64,000 nt of DNA from an uncultured Eggerthella sp. (GTDB lineage Bacteria > Actinomycetota > Coriobacteriia > Coriobacteriales > Eggerthellaceae). Position 1 is the stretch's first letter. Each line of letters starts with the position of its first letter. The position numbers were made by a program, and so were the translations under genes. Below are positions 42,538 to 53,052 of this stretch, piece after piece. The stretch lies in contig UQML01000005.1 in the NCBI GenBank assembly GCA_900542265.1, forward strand, positions 29,810 through 93,809. The letters are read 5' to 3'. A model generated the notes under the pieces. That model worked only from the letters and a program-made list of their open reading frames with translations. It searched no databases and was not told the origin of the DNA.

Positions 42538-43329
42538 CTAAAACAAACGCTCCTGCAAAATACCTTGACAAAACGTTTTACGGTGAATAGGACTTAAGCC
42601 TTTCTCTACCAACGCCTCGCAATGTTTTTTTGACCCATATCCTTTGGAATGCTTAAAATCATAACCGGGATAGCGCTTATCGTATAACACCATTAGTTCA
42701 TCACGCGCGACCTTAGCAATCAAAGAGGCCGCAGCAATAGAAGCCGAATGGCTATCCCCTTTTACCACCGAAACCTCACGTTCATCAAGATGCAGCGGAT
42801 TACCATCAAGCAAAATTGTCGTAATAGAAATACCTTTTTCTGCAGCTTGGATGTCAATCTCTTTAATAGCTTGCGTAAACGCTTTACGTAGACAGGCGCT
42901 CATTCCAAGCGCATCGATATCAGCTGGCTCAATAAATATAAGCGTGTGACAAAGAGCCGTCTCAGTAATGGCATGCGCAAGTTCTGGCCGCTTTGTTTCA
43001 GACACTTGCTTAGAGTCGTTCAGGCCTTCAAGCGGTACAGCATTCTTTTCCCATACCACGGCACCAATCGTAAGAGGACCAGCAAGTGGACCGCGCCCCA
43101 CTTCATCAAGCCCAACAACATAGCCGCCATTAGCATAAGCAGCATCAAAGGCATAGAGCGATGCAAGGCGTTTTTTCTCTTGCGTTTGTGCTTCAAGTTT
43201 GCGATGGGTCGCAGCCAACAGCTGCTGGACTCCTTTGCGCTCATCATCTTGTAATGAACGTTCAAAGACAGCAAAACTCTCCGAATCAATTCCTTCAAGT
43301 CGCTTTTTTATTTCAGCTATCGTGAGCAC
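42538..43329 (-). CDS. rnhB: Ribonuclease HII.
   Basis: 263 aa with GLDEVGRGPLAGPLTIGAV. GTG start at 43327-43329. Confidence 0.9.
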   Translation of the reverse strand: MLTIAEIKKRLEGIDSESFAVFERSLQDDERKGVQQLLAATHRKLEAQTQEKKRLASLYAFDAAYANGGYVVGLDEVGRGPLAGPLTIGAVVWEKNAVPLEGLNDSKQVSETKRPELAHAITETALCHTLIFIEPADIDALGMSACLRKAFTQAIKEIDIQAAEKGISITTILLDGNPLHLDEREVSVVKGDSHSASIAAASLIAKVARDELMVLYDKRYPGYDFKHSKGYGSKKHCEALVEKGLSPIHRKTFCQGILQERLF

Positions 43330-43429
43330 TAACGTTACCCCACTACCCTATCGCCTTAATGAACCGTATAAAAAAACACGACTCCCGCTAAGAGAGCCGT
43401 GCTCGAAAACAGATACCGAAGGATAAGGT

Positions 43430-43774
43430 TTAGTATGCCTTCTCCTTGATCTTTGCTGCCTTACCAACCTTGTCACGGAGGTAATAGAGCTTAGCACGAT
43501 TAACGTCACCACGACGAGTAACTTCAATCTTCTCAATCTTAGGAGAATGAACAGGGAACGTACGCTCAACGCCAACAGAAAAGCTAATCTTGCGAACGGT
43601 AAAGGTCTCACGATTAGAGGCACCATGACGACGAATTACGTCACCTTGGAACACCTGAATACGTTCACGGTTACCTTCTTTAATACGATAGTGAACCTTA
43701 ACGGTATCACCTACGTTGAAGTCAGCTACGTCAGGATTGATTTGCTGTTGCTCAATTGCGCGAATAATATCCAT
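43430..43774 (-). CDS. rplS: 50S ribosomal protein L19.
   Basis: 114 aa with [29 protein letters not shown]. Confidence 0.95.
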   Translation of the reverse strand: MDIIRAIEQQQINPDVADFNVGDTVKVHYRIKEGNRERIQVFQGDVIRRHGASNRETFTVRKISFSVGVERTFPVHSPKIEKIEVTRRGDVNRAKLYYLRDKVGKAAKIKEKAY

Positions 43775-43902
43775 TGTTCTTATCCTTCTATATACTCTAC
43801 GATTGCAGTTGTTAGCAAAGTTGTCTTAAAGACACGGCTAGTTATTATACGTTTTACTTATGCGTTGTGCAAGAAGTAAGTTCAACCAATCTTGAACGGC
43901 TT

Positions 43903-44238
43903 TTAAATCAGGAGCAAAAGGCCAAAACTTCCGACACCGACCACAATACACCATACTAATGATTTAGTTTTGATCGCTACTGGTATGACCAGAACCGCTG
44001 CGATAAGCGGAATTAATGCCGGCCAGAGACCCCCCTCAAACATAGTGGGAGAAAACAAATCGTTAGCAATGAGAGCCGCAAAAGCGGCAGGCGGAATAAA
44101 GGCAAGTGCATGAGCAAGCCAACCTGGTAATTCTCTTCCACGTAGCAAAAACAAAGGCAACGTACGACAAAGCAGGATAGTTAGCGCGCAGAGCAGCAAA
44201 ATAATCCAGAAATCACTCCATGACATCATAGAGTTCAT
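43903..44238 (-). CDS. azlD: Branched-chain amino acid exporter small subunit AzlD.
   Basis: About 111 aa, hydrophobic. The start is set at ATG 44236-44238 (MNSMMSW), overlapping the azlC 3' end; alternative ATGs lie 3-4 codons downstream. Confidence 0.7.
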   Translation of the reverse strand: MNSMMSWSDFWIILLLCALTILLCRTLPLFLLRGRELPGWLAHALAFIPPAAFAALIANDLFSPTMFEGGLWPALIPLIAAVLVIPVAIKTKSLVWCIVVGVGSFGLLLLI

Positions 44239-44917
44239 CACCCCACTTTCGTGAAGCGATAATTCCCGCCGCAACACCCAAGAGAGCGCCAATCAAAATT
44301 GCAGGACCGGTTAACCCGATTGTTTTACATAGCACAACACCTAGGGCAGCAACAAGACCAGCCGCAATGTTGGCATGAGTTTTACGCTGCGAGAAAAGCA
44401 AACATAAAAAGATGCTCGTCATAGCAAACGAAGCAAGAGCAGTGGGAACAGAAAGCAAGCTTCCTACCAACACGCCAATAACATTAGCAAGCGCCCACGA
44501 AGACTGCGAAAACAGATTAACGAGCGTCGCACCCTTGATCGACCAATTTCCGAGTTCAAGCTTGATAACATTGACCGCAAACGATTCATCAGTCACGGTA
44601 GCGCCAAACAGGAAAGCAAGTGACTTTTTCACGTCATCACAAAAGCGTGAAAGAGAGGCACCGTAGAGTAATTGACGTGAGTTAACGAGCGTAACACTTG
44701 CAACGATAGCTGAAATAGGTGACCCCGTAAGCCACATATTAGGAATCATATATTGACCCGCACCAGAGTAGAACAGTGCTGACATTAAAAATACCTGCAA
44801 AGCATCCATGCCAACTTGATGACAGAGAATACCACAAGGAATTCCTAAAAAAAGATAGCCCACCATAATGGGGGCAGCGGTTTTGAATGCTTGTAAAATT
44901 AGTGTACGGTTCATCAT
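44213..44917 (-). CDS. azlC: Branched-chain amino acid exporter AzlC.
   Basis: 234 aa polytopic membrane protein, AzlC family (GIPCGILCHQVG...YSGAGQYM). Confidence 0.8.
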   Translation of the reverse strand: MMNRTLILQAFKTAAPIMVGYLFLGIPCGILCHQVGMDALQVFLMSALFYSGAGQYMIPNMWLTGSPISAIVASVTLVNSRQLLYGASLSRFCDDVKKSLAFLFGATVTDESFAVNVIKLELGNWSIKGATLVNLFSQSSWALANVIGVLVGSLLSVPTALASFAMTSIFLCLLFSQRKTHANIAAGLVAALGVVLCKTIGLTGPAILIGALLGVAAGIIASRKWGDELYDVME

Positions 44918-44956
44918 AACAACTAGTGATCATAACAAAATGACCACTCGTTACAA

Positions 44957-46000
44957 CTAGAGATTCCACGAGTGTGGAATAAACATGTCTCTAAAGAAAT
45001 TTTTAGCATACCGATCGGTCATACCGGCAACATAATCAGTTACAGCACGTAACGGATCCCCGCCCGAAATTGCCTGATACTCTTGCGGAACTTGATCATA
45101 GTGACGCACAAAATAATCAAAAAGATCTTCAACAAGATGCTTTGCTTTATACACTTCGCGCATTACCGGTTCTGACGTGTAGACATGGTCAAACAAAAAG
45201 GCACGAAGTTCCATCATGGCATCCCAGATAGGCTCACTCATAGCAATGTCGTCTTTTTCAACTGAAGTTTCAATCATGTCATGCACGAGCGTTTCAATAC
45301 GCGTCGAATGATTAGGTCCTAAGAGTTTGTGTGTTGACTCAGGAAGCTCAGTTTCGCGCAAAGCGCGTGCACGAATAGCGTCATCAATATCATGATTGAC
45401 ATACGCAATACGATCCGCTGTTGCAACAATACGCCCCTCTAAAGTTTCTGCCCGCTGAGATCCCGTATGACAAATAATCCCATCGCGTACTTCATAGGTC
45501 AGATTTAGTCCCTTACCATTGTTTTCAATAACATCAACAACGCGCAAGCTCTGTACGTTGTGCTTGTAAAGCGTTTTATTAGCAGGATCTTCGGGATCAA
45601 GACCACGGTGACGTGCAAGTGAGGTCGAAATGGCTTCTTCACCAACATGACCAAACGGTGTGTGTCCTAAATCATGCCCAAGCGCAATAGCTTCAGTTAA
45701 ATCTTCATTAAGAGAAAGAGCACGCGCAATGGTGCGGGCGATTTGAGCTACTTCTAACGTGTGAGTAAGGCGTGTTCGGTAATGATCCCCTACTGGCGCT
45801 ACAAACACCTGTGTTTTGTGCGATAAGCGCCTAAACGCCTTGGTATGAAGGATCTTATCACGATCTCGTTGATACTCATTGCGGTAGATATCCGTATCCG
45901 TGGGACTAATACGCCCTTCCATCTCATCGCAAAAAGCAGCGTCTGACGCAAGAATAAGATGTTCTTGATCATCCTGCATATCACGTGTACGTAATTTCAT
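44957..46000 (-). CDS. dgt: dGTPase-like HD-domain phosphohydrolase.
   Basis: 347 aa with HTLEVAQIARTIA...GHDLGHTPFGH. Confidence 0.85.
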   Translation of the reverse strand: MKLRTRDMQDDQEHLILASDAAFCDEMEGRISPTDTDIYRNEYQRDRDKILHTKAFRRLSHKTQVFVAPVGDHYRTRLTHTLEVAQIARTIARALSLNEDLTEAIALGHDLGHTPFGHVGEEAISTSLARHRGLDPEDPANKTLYKHNVQSLRVVDVIENNGKGLNLTYEVRDGIICHTGSQRAETLEGRIVATADRIAYVNHDIDDAIRARALRETELPESTHKLLGPNHSTRIETLVHDMIETSVEKDDIAMSEPIWDAMMELRAFLFDHVYTSEPVMREVYKAKHLVEDLFDYFVRHYDQVPQEYQAISGGDPLRAVTDYVAGMTDRYAKNFFRDMFIPHSWNL

Positions 46001-46059
46001 ATCTACCCCTCTTCTTCCAGCCTATGGATCCCCTTTTTCAAAACTTGAAGGCACTCACC

Positions 46060-46785
46060 TTAATCGTTAGCAATAACGAGTAGGCGACGACAATGAGGAC
46101 ACGTCGCAAGCGGTGCCTCAGCTAAAAGAGTACTCAACCTACCTTGGTCAAACACAGTGCGGCAGCAATCACAGCTATTACCCTGTAAGTGAGCGAGCCC
46201 AACACCACCACAGCGACCTTGAGCAAGTTCATAAGCAGAGTAAAGCGCCGGATCAAGCTCGGAAGAAAGTGATGCATGGTGGCTCTCACTTTCAGCAATC
46301 ACACGGCGCAACGTTCCTCCTTGCTGCTGGTAGGACTCAATAAGAGCAGATTCTTTTTTATCAAGGGTAACGAGTGCCTCTAAAATCTGTTCGAGCACCG
46401 GTTTAATCTTATTGATCTGTTTCTCGCAACGTTCAAGTTCATCAGATAAGACACGACGGCGTTTTACAATACCGTTAAGCTCTTTGCTGCGCGCCTCAAC
46501 ACGTCTGAAATCACCTTCTGCCTCATGGATGCCCTGCTCAGATTCCTTTTGACGCGCCTCAAGCTTTTCATCTTCTTGGAAGAATTTCATGAATTCATCT
46601 TCAGCAGCATCAAGCATATCTTGGACTTGTACCTTTTTCGTAAGTATTTGAGCCTTTTGTTCTCGCACTGCAATAATTTCATCACGCTGCGGAAGCGCAT
46701 TTAAATCACGCTGAGCAAGCATACCTTCTCGATCAACGTTTTGAAGAGCTTCTAAAATTGTAATATCGTGTTCTGATGCCTGCAT
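46060..46785 (-). CDS. Coiled-coil protein with a C-terminal C4 zinc ribbon (COG1579-like).
   Basis: 241 aa, heptad-rich, ending CDCC...CPHC. It is the conserved partner of the downstream Nif3 gene in Actinobacteria. Confidence 0.75.
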   Translation of the reverse strand: MQASEHDITILEALQNVDREGMLAQRDLNALPQRDEIIAVREQKAQILTKKVQVQDMLDAAEDEFMKFFQEDEKLEARQKESEQGIHEAEGDFRRVEARSKELNGIVKRRRVLSDELERCEKQINKIKPVLEQILEALVTLDKKESALIESYQQQGGTLRRVIAESESHHASLSSELDPALYSAYELAQGRCGGVGLAHLQGNSCDCCRTVFDQGRLSTLLAEAPLATCPHCRRLLVIAND

Positions 46786-46922
46786 ACGCCTTGCCTTTCA
46801 ACCATGATGCGCGCTCGCAGAATTGTATGTACGCTGCACAATCGTACCTATCATAACGCAACAAAGACAAGAGTTGCGTATGACGATGCACTAACTCACC
46901 TATTCAAAAACGGTGAAACGCT

Positions 46923-47801
46923 TTATCGGCGCGTCGTTTCAGGGGTATACCAATTTTTTGATTGATTGATGACCGTCAAGGAAGATTCCGTAATACCAGC
47001 CGCTCTTGCCTCAGAAGCAAGCAAAGCACAAAGAGGCAACTCTGACACATCATGCCCAAGCTCAATAATACACAAACCCGACTCAGCAGCATCAAGAGCA
47101 TCATGGTATTTAACTTCACCACAAATCAAGCAATCAATTGCTTCTTCGTCACAGGCGCGCAGAGCTTCCGTCGCTGATCCACCAAAGGTAGCAATACGCT
47201 CAATACGTGTATCAGGAGCACCCCATACACGAGGAAATGCGTTAAAGACACTCACGCAGCGAGCAGCCAAGTACGTCAACGTAAGCACTTCTCCATCAGC
47301 AGGTCTACATACCATACCAAATCCTTTGGTGCTTCCTGGAGCAAGACGCTCCAGTGGGTGAAGCGACTCAAGACGCAACATAGCAGGCAATACATCAAGC
47401 GCTTCTGTTGATACATCACAAGCAGTATGAAAGCTCATGCAGTTGAGATGATGAGACAGCGCAAATGCGACCCGTGATCCCGCGTTTTCCCCTTGAGCAC
47501 GTGCGGGAACAAAAAGATCAGGCGCATCAATAAAGAGAGGATGATGAGTGATTAAGACATTAGCCCCCACAGCACACGCTGTTTCCATGGCACGAATTGT
47601 GGGATCAAGGGCAACAGCAACACCGGTGATTAACTCATCAGGATCTCCTACGAGCAATCCAGTACGATCCCAATCACACGCATCTTGTGCAGGAAAAACG
47701 CACAACAATGCATCTTCGAGTTGTCTGACAGAAAATTCCTTTTTTAAAGAAACAAGTTGCGCCGGAGGAACAACTTGTAATGAATGCTCATGTGAATCCA
47801 T
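46923..47801 (-). CDS. Nif3-family dinuclear-metal-centre protein.
   Basis: 292 aa with the Nif3 His-rich motif LITHHPLF and a C-terminal ELGHDVSE. Confidence 0.8.
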   Translation of the reverse strand: MDSHEHSLQVVPPAQLVSLKKEFSVRQLEDALLCVFPAQDACDWDRTGLLVGDPDELITGVAVALDPTIRAMETACAVGANVLITHHPLFIDAPDLFVPARAQGENAGSRVAFALSHHLNCMSFHTACDVSTEALDVLPAMLRLESLHPLERLAPGSTKGFGMVCRPADGEVLTLTYLAARCVSVFNAFPRVWGAPDTRIERIATFGGSATEALRACDEEAIDCLICGEVKYHDALDAAESGLCIIELGHDVSELPLCALLASEARAAGITESSLTVINQSKNWYTPETTRR

Positions 47802-47910
47802 ACGTAACGCTCCTTTTATTTATGTTGTATACGCTCTAGCCTACAACGCTCGCATACAGATTGAACTCTACGGTATGAATTTACTAACGATTTGTAAACC
47901 GAATGTGAAG

Positions 47911-48717
47911 TTATAACACAAGCATTCTACGATCTCCGCCCGGCACTACAAGCGTTAATTCACGATACCCAGCCTCATAGGCATACTTGTATCCTTCTAG
48001 AATGCCACGATCCACGTGTTCGACTTTATGCGCATCAGACCCAATAGTACAAGGCACACCCGCACGCCTAAACTCTGTCAACAAAGCGGGAGCAGGAAAC
48101 ATTTCTTTGCAAGCATACGTAGCACCTGAAGTATTAATCTCAATCATACGATCCGTACTTGCCAGCGCTTCAGCTGCTTCTTTATAAAGCGGCAAGGGAT
48201 TAAAACTAGGCCAATAACCAAATTTCTTTACCAAATCAGGGTGAGCCATCGCAGTAAAAGGCATATCGGAAGTCGCTGCCTCAATCCACACCTCAAAATA
48301 ACGGCGCCATATCTCATCTGGCCCAACTTCGCCCCAATGCCCTGCTTGCTCTGGATCATCAAAGGGCCATAAATCCAAGAAATGAACTGATCCCAAGATG
48401 TGTTCAAACTCATCAAACTCGTACGGTTTAAACACGCGGTCTTCATCATCACCAAGCCAGTCAAGTTCACACCCTATCACGATTTCCATATCAGAATACT
48501 GTTCACGAACAGCATGAAGAGCAGATAGATACTCGGGCAAACGCTCTTCACTAAGCGAGACAAAATTAGTCGGGTCAATTGCCTTGGATAGCGGATAATG
48601 CTCGGTTATTGCAAGATTAGTCATCCCCAACTCATGTGCGTGAGCGACAAGCTCATCAATTGGTGCATACCCATGTCCGGTCATGTTGGTGTGATTATGT
48701 TGACTTACTAATTCCAT
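47911..48717 (-). CDS. PHP-domain histidinol-phosphatase-like protein (HisK/HisJ family).
   Basis: 268 aa with an N-terminal HNHT..H metal motif and EH at the ends of the PHP beta-strands. Confidence 0.75.
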   Translation of the reverse strand: MELVSQHNHTNMTGHGYAPIDELVAHAHELGMTNLAITEHYPLSKAIDPTNFVSLSEERLPEYLSALHAVREQYSDMEIVIGCELDWLGDDEDRVFKPYEFDEFEHILGSVHFLDLWPFDDPEQAGHWGEVGPDEIWRRYFEVWIEAATSDMPFTAMAHPDLVKKFGYWPSFNPLPLYKEAAEALASTDRMIEINTSGATYACKEMFPAPALLTEFRRAGVPCTIGSDAHKVEHVDRGILEGYKYAYEAGYRELTLVVPGGDRRMLVL

Positions 48718-48738
48718 AACGTGCTTACTCGGCTTTCT

Positions 48739-49941
48739 TTATTTCTTTGTAGCGATGAGTTTTTTGACCGCTTCAACCAATATATCAATATCATCTTTAG
48801 TGGTCAGCCAACCCAATGAAACACGAAGAGAATCAAGAGCACGATCGCGTGAAATACCGAGCGCACGTAAAACGTGGGAAGGATCTAAATCATCGCTTGA
48901 GCAGGCTGACCCTCCTGATACCGCAATACCACTTCTATCAAGTTGCATGATAAGTGTTTGGCTCTCAAACCCCTCAACGGTAACGTTAACGATATGGGGC
49001 GCATAGGACTCATCGCCTGGTAAAACATTCACCACCGCTTTCACGCCTGGTAACTCTGTCAAAGCGGCATAGCAATAATCGCGCAAATCTTGAAGACGAC
49101 GATATTCCAATTCTTGGTCAGTGCAGCTTGCTTCAAGCGCGCATCCCATACCTACTACTGATGCAACGTTTTGGGTACCCGAGCGCTTATGAAGCTCTTG
49201 ACCACCACCTACAATCTGGGGAGAAAACGGCGTATGAGCCTTGAGATACAAAACACCGCATCCTTTAGGCCCACCAAATTTATGAGCCGATAAGGACAGT
49301 GCATCAACACCTAATTCAACAACGTTGACAGGCATTTTTCCTGCGGCTTGCGTAGCGTCAGTATGAAAAAATGCACCAACTGAATGCGCCACACCTGCAA
49401 GCTCTGCAATATTCATCACTGAACCAATTTCATTGTTGACCATCATGATAGAAACTAAAATAGTATGATCATTGCAAACACGTGCTAAAGCCTCAGGAGT
49501 AATATGCCCTGAGCTATCAGGATTGACAGCTACAATTTCAGCTCCCCACATACCCAATTGAGCAGCAGCTTCCAAAACAGAGTCATGCTCGATAGAAGAT
49601 ACAACAATACGCGGAACACAATCATGGTCATCATGGTCTGCGTGCTCTTCGCGTTCGAGCATGAGCGCATCAGTCATACCATAAAGCGCGGTATTGTTAG
49701 CTTCTGTGGATCCTGATGTAAAAATGATCTCATCAGGACGGGCATGTAAGGTAGCTGCAATCATCCGTCGTGTTTGTTCGAGCAGTTTAAACGCATCACG
49801 TCCTGCAGTGTATAGAGCATTAGCGTTAGCACCCCCTGCACGCAAGCCTTCAAGTCCTGGCTGCAAAATTTCCATCATGGCCTGCGAAGCTTCAGGACGC
49901 AAAGGTGTTGTTGCTGCCCAATCCAAATACGTGGTAAGCAT
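48739..49941 (-). CDS. Cysteine desulfurase (IscS/NifS class-V aminotransferase).
   Basis: SAHKFGGPKGCGVLY PLP-lysine motif. The start is placed at ATG 49939-49941 (MLTTYLDWAATTP), which has GAAAGAAGGA SD; the 44-aa N-terminal extension of the track ORF is unsupported. Confidence 0.85.
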   Translation of the reverse strand: MLTTYLDWAATTPLRPEASQAMMEILQPGLEGLRAGGANANALYTAGRDAFKLLEQTRRMIAATLHARPDEIIFTSGSTEANNTALYGMTDALMLEREEHADHDDHDCVPRIVVSSIEHDSVLEAAAQLGMWGAEIVAVNPDSSGHITPEALARVCNDHTILVSIMMVNNEIGSVMNIAELAGVAHSVGAFFHTDATQAAGKMPVNVVELGVDALSLSAHKFGGPKGCGVLYLKAHTPFSPQIVGGGQELHKRSGTQNVASVVGMGCALEASCTDQELEYRRLQDLRDYCYAALTELPGVKAVVNVLPGDESYAPHIVNVTVEGFESQTLIMQLDRSGIAVSGGSACSSDDLDPSHVLRALGISRDRALDSLRVSLGWLTTKDDIDILVEAVKKLIATKK

Positions 49942-49981
49942 GGTCCTTCTTTCTGTAGAAAGTTTTAATAAAACGTGTGCA

Positions 49982-50674
49982 CTATAGTATTGTTTGGGCT
50001 TTGGTTGCAGCGATCCGTATATCCTGAATTGCTTGCGCACGATCACTTGCTTTAAAGACACCTGACCCCGCAACTAATACATCAGCACCATACCGAGCAA
50101 CCAGACCAGCCGTACGTGAAGCACTAACGCCCCCATCGACTTGGATCAAAACATGGGGGTTATATTGCTGAGCCATCGCAGCAACTTCAGCTACGCGATG
50201 TTCACTTCCTTCAATGTAGGCTTGCCCTGAAAAACCAGGAAATACACTCATAACAAGCACCATATCAAGTTCAGCAATAAAGGGACGCAAACGCTCGATA
50301 GGGCAATCAGGCTTGAGGGCAAGTGCAACGCTCACGCCAGCATCACGAATCATCTGCAATACCTGACCAACTTCTTCAGGAGTATCAAATGCTTCAATAT
50401 GAACGGTGATACTATCGGCACCCGCTTCGATATACCACGGTACCTGAATAAGCGGATTAGAAATCATCAAATGAACATCAAGCGGGAGCGAAGTAGCACG
50501 TTTTGCTTGCGCCACAAACGGAACACCAAAAGTAAGGTTAGGTACAAAGTGGCCATCCATAACATCAACGTGAAGCCAGTCAGCACCACCTTGCTCAAGC
50601 TCAGCAATATCGCGCCCAAAGTTCATGAAATCAGCCGATAAGATCGAAGGAGCAATTTTGACGGACGTAAACAT
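49982..50674 (-). CDS. rpe: Ribulose-phosphate 3-epimerase.
   Basis: 230 aa with IAPSILSADF...HVDVMDGHFVPN. Confidence 0.9.
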   Translation of the reverse strand: MFTSVKIAPSILSADFMNFGRDIAELEQGGADWLHVDVMDGHFVPNLTFGVPFVAQAKRATSLPLDVHLMISNPLIQVPWYIEAGADSITVHIEAFDTPEEVGQVLQMIRDAGVSVALALKPDCPIERLRPFIAELDMVLVMSVFPGFSGQAYIEGSEHRVAEVAAMAQQYNPHVLIQVDGGVSASRTAGLVARYGADVLVAGSGVFKASDRAQAIQDIRIAATKAQTIL

Positions 50675-50745
50675 GCCTCTTCCCTTTCGTTTGTTTGCTC
50701 GTTTTTATTTTTGGCGTGCAACATCTTTTGCAAAACGCGCATCTC

Positions 50746-51222
50746 CTATGCTTGATTATTAGAAGTATTGCTCTCTAAATCAAGAAGAAATTTTTTGATA
50801 GGAAGACCATAAGCATAGCCAACGAGATTCCCATGAGCTCCCACCACCCGATGACAAGGAATAAAAATGGGTAAGGGATTCTTATTATTGGCACCTCCTA
50901 CCGCACGCGCAGCCGTTGGCTTTTCAATGGCCTGGGCAAGCTCAGCATATGTTCTTGTTTGACCATATGGAATATCTCGAAGCGCACCCCATACTAATTT
51001 CTGGAAATCGGTTCCAGCGGGCGCAAGGGGTATGTCAAATGCTTGGCGTTTGCCAGCTAAATATTGCACGAGTTCAGTTGCAGCCTGATTGGTCACCGCT
51101 ACCGCTTTTTCTTCACCAGAAAACCGCTCAATACCAAAAGCCATATGTGTTAATGCGCCATCAGATTGCGCAAGGGTAATCCGTCCCAAGGGTGTGTTGT
51201 AGACAAAATACGTTTGTTCCAT
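50746..51222 (-). CDS. ogt: Methylated-DNA--protein-cysteine methyltransferase.
   Basis: IPCHRVV active site. The start is placed at ATG 51220-51222, 2 nt after the gpsA stop; the track ORF begins at an upstream TTG that overlaps gpsA. Confidence 0.85.
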   Translation of the reverse strand: MEQTYFVYNTPLGRITLAQSDGALTHMAFGIERFSGEEKAVAVTNQAATELVQYLAGKRQAFDIPLAPAGTDFQKLVWGALRDIPYGQTRTYAELAQAIEKPTAARAVGGANNKNPLPIFIPCHRVVGAHGNLVGYAYGLPIKKFLLDLESNTSNNQA

Positions 51223-51224
51223 AC

Positions 51225-52229
51225 CTATTGCAAACCCCAAAACTCAGATTTTAAAGGACGATTAAATAAATCATGATAGAGCTTTTCTACTGGAGCGCTC
51301 TCCCATACTAGTTCACGCACCCCCTCAGCGATAGGCAACTCTACACCATATTTCTCTGCTAAAGGCAAGATAGTTTTGCACGCAATAGCACCCTCTACTA
51401 CCATGTGTGTTTTTTCTTCATACTGTACAAGAGTTGTCCCTTGAGCAAGCAGGTAGCCAAAAGTTCTATTGCGCGAATGTTCTGAAGTGCAGGTGACGAT
51501 AAGGTCTCCTGCTCCAGCAAGTCCCATCACAGTCATAATACTTCCGCCACACGCATCAACCAAACGCGACATTTCAGCCATGCCACGCGTCATCAGCATA
51601 GCGGCCGTGTTGTCACCAAAACCAGTGCCATATGATGCTCCAACCGCAATAGCAATAACATTCTTAAACGCTGCACACAACTCAACCCCCACACAATCAT
51701 AGGAGGCATAACAGCGTAAATAGTCCGTCGTAAACAGATCCTGGAAAAATCTTTGTGTTTGCTCAGATGCTGAAGCAATCACCGTACCACTTGGTATACC
51801 CAAAATGATTTCCTCTGCATGATTTGGACCAGACAAAACAGCAAGTCTTCCCCGATGACTGCATTCTTGCTCAACAATTTCTAGCGAGAGATCTCCCGTT
51901 CCCTCTTCAACACCTTTTGAACACACAATAATAGGAGTAGTAGCTGAAACAAAAGGAGCAATACGACGAGCAGTCTGTCGAATCAATTTGGATGGAGTAA
52001 CCATAACAACGGCACTTGCTCCAAGTAAGCATGCCTCAATATCAGAAGAGGCACTCACTGAGGGAAGTAAAGCAACATCACTTAAATACCGTGGGTTGTA
52101 GTGATCGTGCGTGATGGTGCACGCGACATCTGATTTGCGTGCATACATCATAGGTTCATGTCCCGCAACAGCCAAGGTTTGTGCAAGTGCAGTTCCCCAT
52201 GAACCAGCACCAATAACGGCAACTTTCAT
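51225..52229 (-). CDS. gpsA: Glycerol-3-phosphate dehydrogenase [NAD(P)+].
   Basis: 334 aa beginning MKVAVIGAGSWGTALA. Confidence 0.9.
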   Translation of the reverse strand: MKVAVIGAGSWGTALAQTLAVAGHEPMMYARKSDVACTITHDHYNPRYLSDVALLPSVSASSDIEACLLGASAVVMVTPSKLIRQTARRIAPFVSATTPIIVCSKGVEEGTGDLSLEIVEQECSHRGRLAVLSGPNHAEEIILGIPSGTVIASASEQTQRFFQDLFTTDYLRCYASYDCVGVELCAAFKNVIAIAVGASYGTGFGDNTAAMLMTRGMAEMSRLVDACGGSIMTVMGLAGAGDLIVTCTSEHSRNRTFGYLLAQGTTLVQYEEKTHMVVEGAIACKTILPLAEKYGVELPIAEGVRELVWESAPVEKLYHDLFNRPLKSEFWGLQ

Positions 52230-52252
52230 GATTACTCTCCCTTACCCTCTCC

Positions 52253-52987
52253 CTAGTTTTCTTGCGCCTCTTTTTTAGATCCGATTGCGTTTTCGCAGTG
52301 ATGGTATAGCCGATTAATATTTGCGCGATGAGCAATGATAACCAATATTGCAGCAAGAGCAATGCAAGCAAAAGCAAGCCAATTACCCCAATATAATAAA
52401 AGCGCTATACAAGGACAAAGAACAGCAGCAGCAAGAGAACCCACTGAAACATAACGAGTCGCAATGACCAAAATAGCAAAGATCAATATTTCTGCGAGGG
52501 TACCCCATACACCAAAGACAAAGAAGAGTGCACCCACTGCAACAGCAATTCCCTTTCCTCCTTTAAATTTAAGCCAAGGAGAATAAATATGTCCAGAAAC
52601 ACAGCCTAAAAAGCCGACCGCCAATGAAAGCTGCATCGAAAGAAACCCAGCATCAAAAACACTTGCACTCGGAGAATAGCCGAGTCCCAAGAGAAGGGGT
52701 GCTGCAATACTCATACCCGTTGAAGGATTAAAGGCAACAAGCCACCCTGCAAATAAGGTAGCAATAAAGCCTGCTAGAAGACCTTTACCAAAGTCAAGAA
52801 GAAAAACAGCAGCGCCACCTTTCTTTCCTAACGTACGCATAGCATTTGTTGTGCCAATATTGCCTGATCCTTCAGAACGAATATCTTTTTTGAAAAAGAA
52901 GCGCGAAATGATAACGCCCCAAGGAATTGATCCCAGTAAAAAACAAACAACAAAACAAAGAAATAAAATACCAAGTGCTTCTAACAT
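52253..52987 (-). CDS. plsY: Glycerol-3-phosphate acyltransferase PlsY.
   Basis: 244 aa polytopic with GSGNIGTTNAMR. Confidence 0.85.
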   Translation of the reverse strand: MLEALGILFLCFVVCFLLGSIPWGVIISRFFFKKDIRSEGSGNIGTTNAMRTLGKKGGAAVFLLDFGKGLLAGFIATLFAGWLVAFNPSTGMSIAAPLLLGLGYSPSASVFDAGFLSMQLSLAVGFLGCVSGHIYSPWLKFKGGKGIAVAVGALFFVFGVWGTLAEILIFAILVIATRYVSVGSLAAAVLCPCIALLLYWGNWLAFACIALAAILVIIAHRANINRLYHHCENAIGSKKEAQEN

Positions 52988-53052
52988 ATCTTCCTTATCA
53001 ACTAAAAACTCTATTGTTGCGCTCTATACCAACGCAGCTTTTCTCTTTTAGA

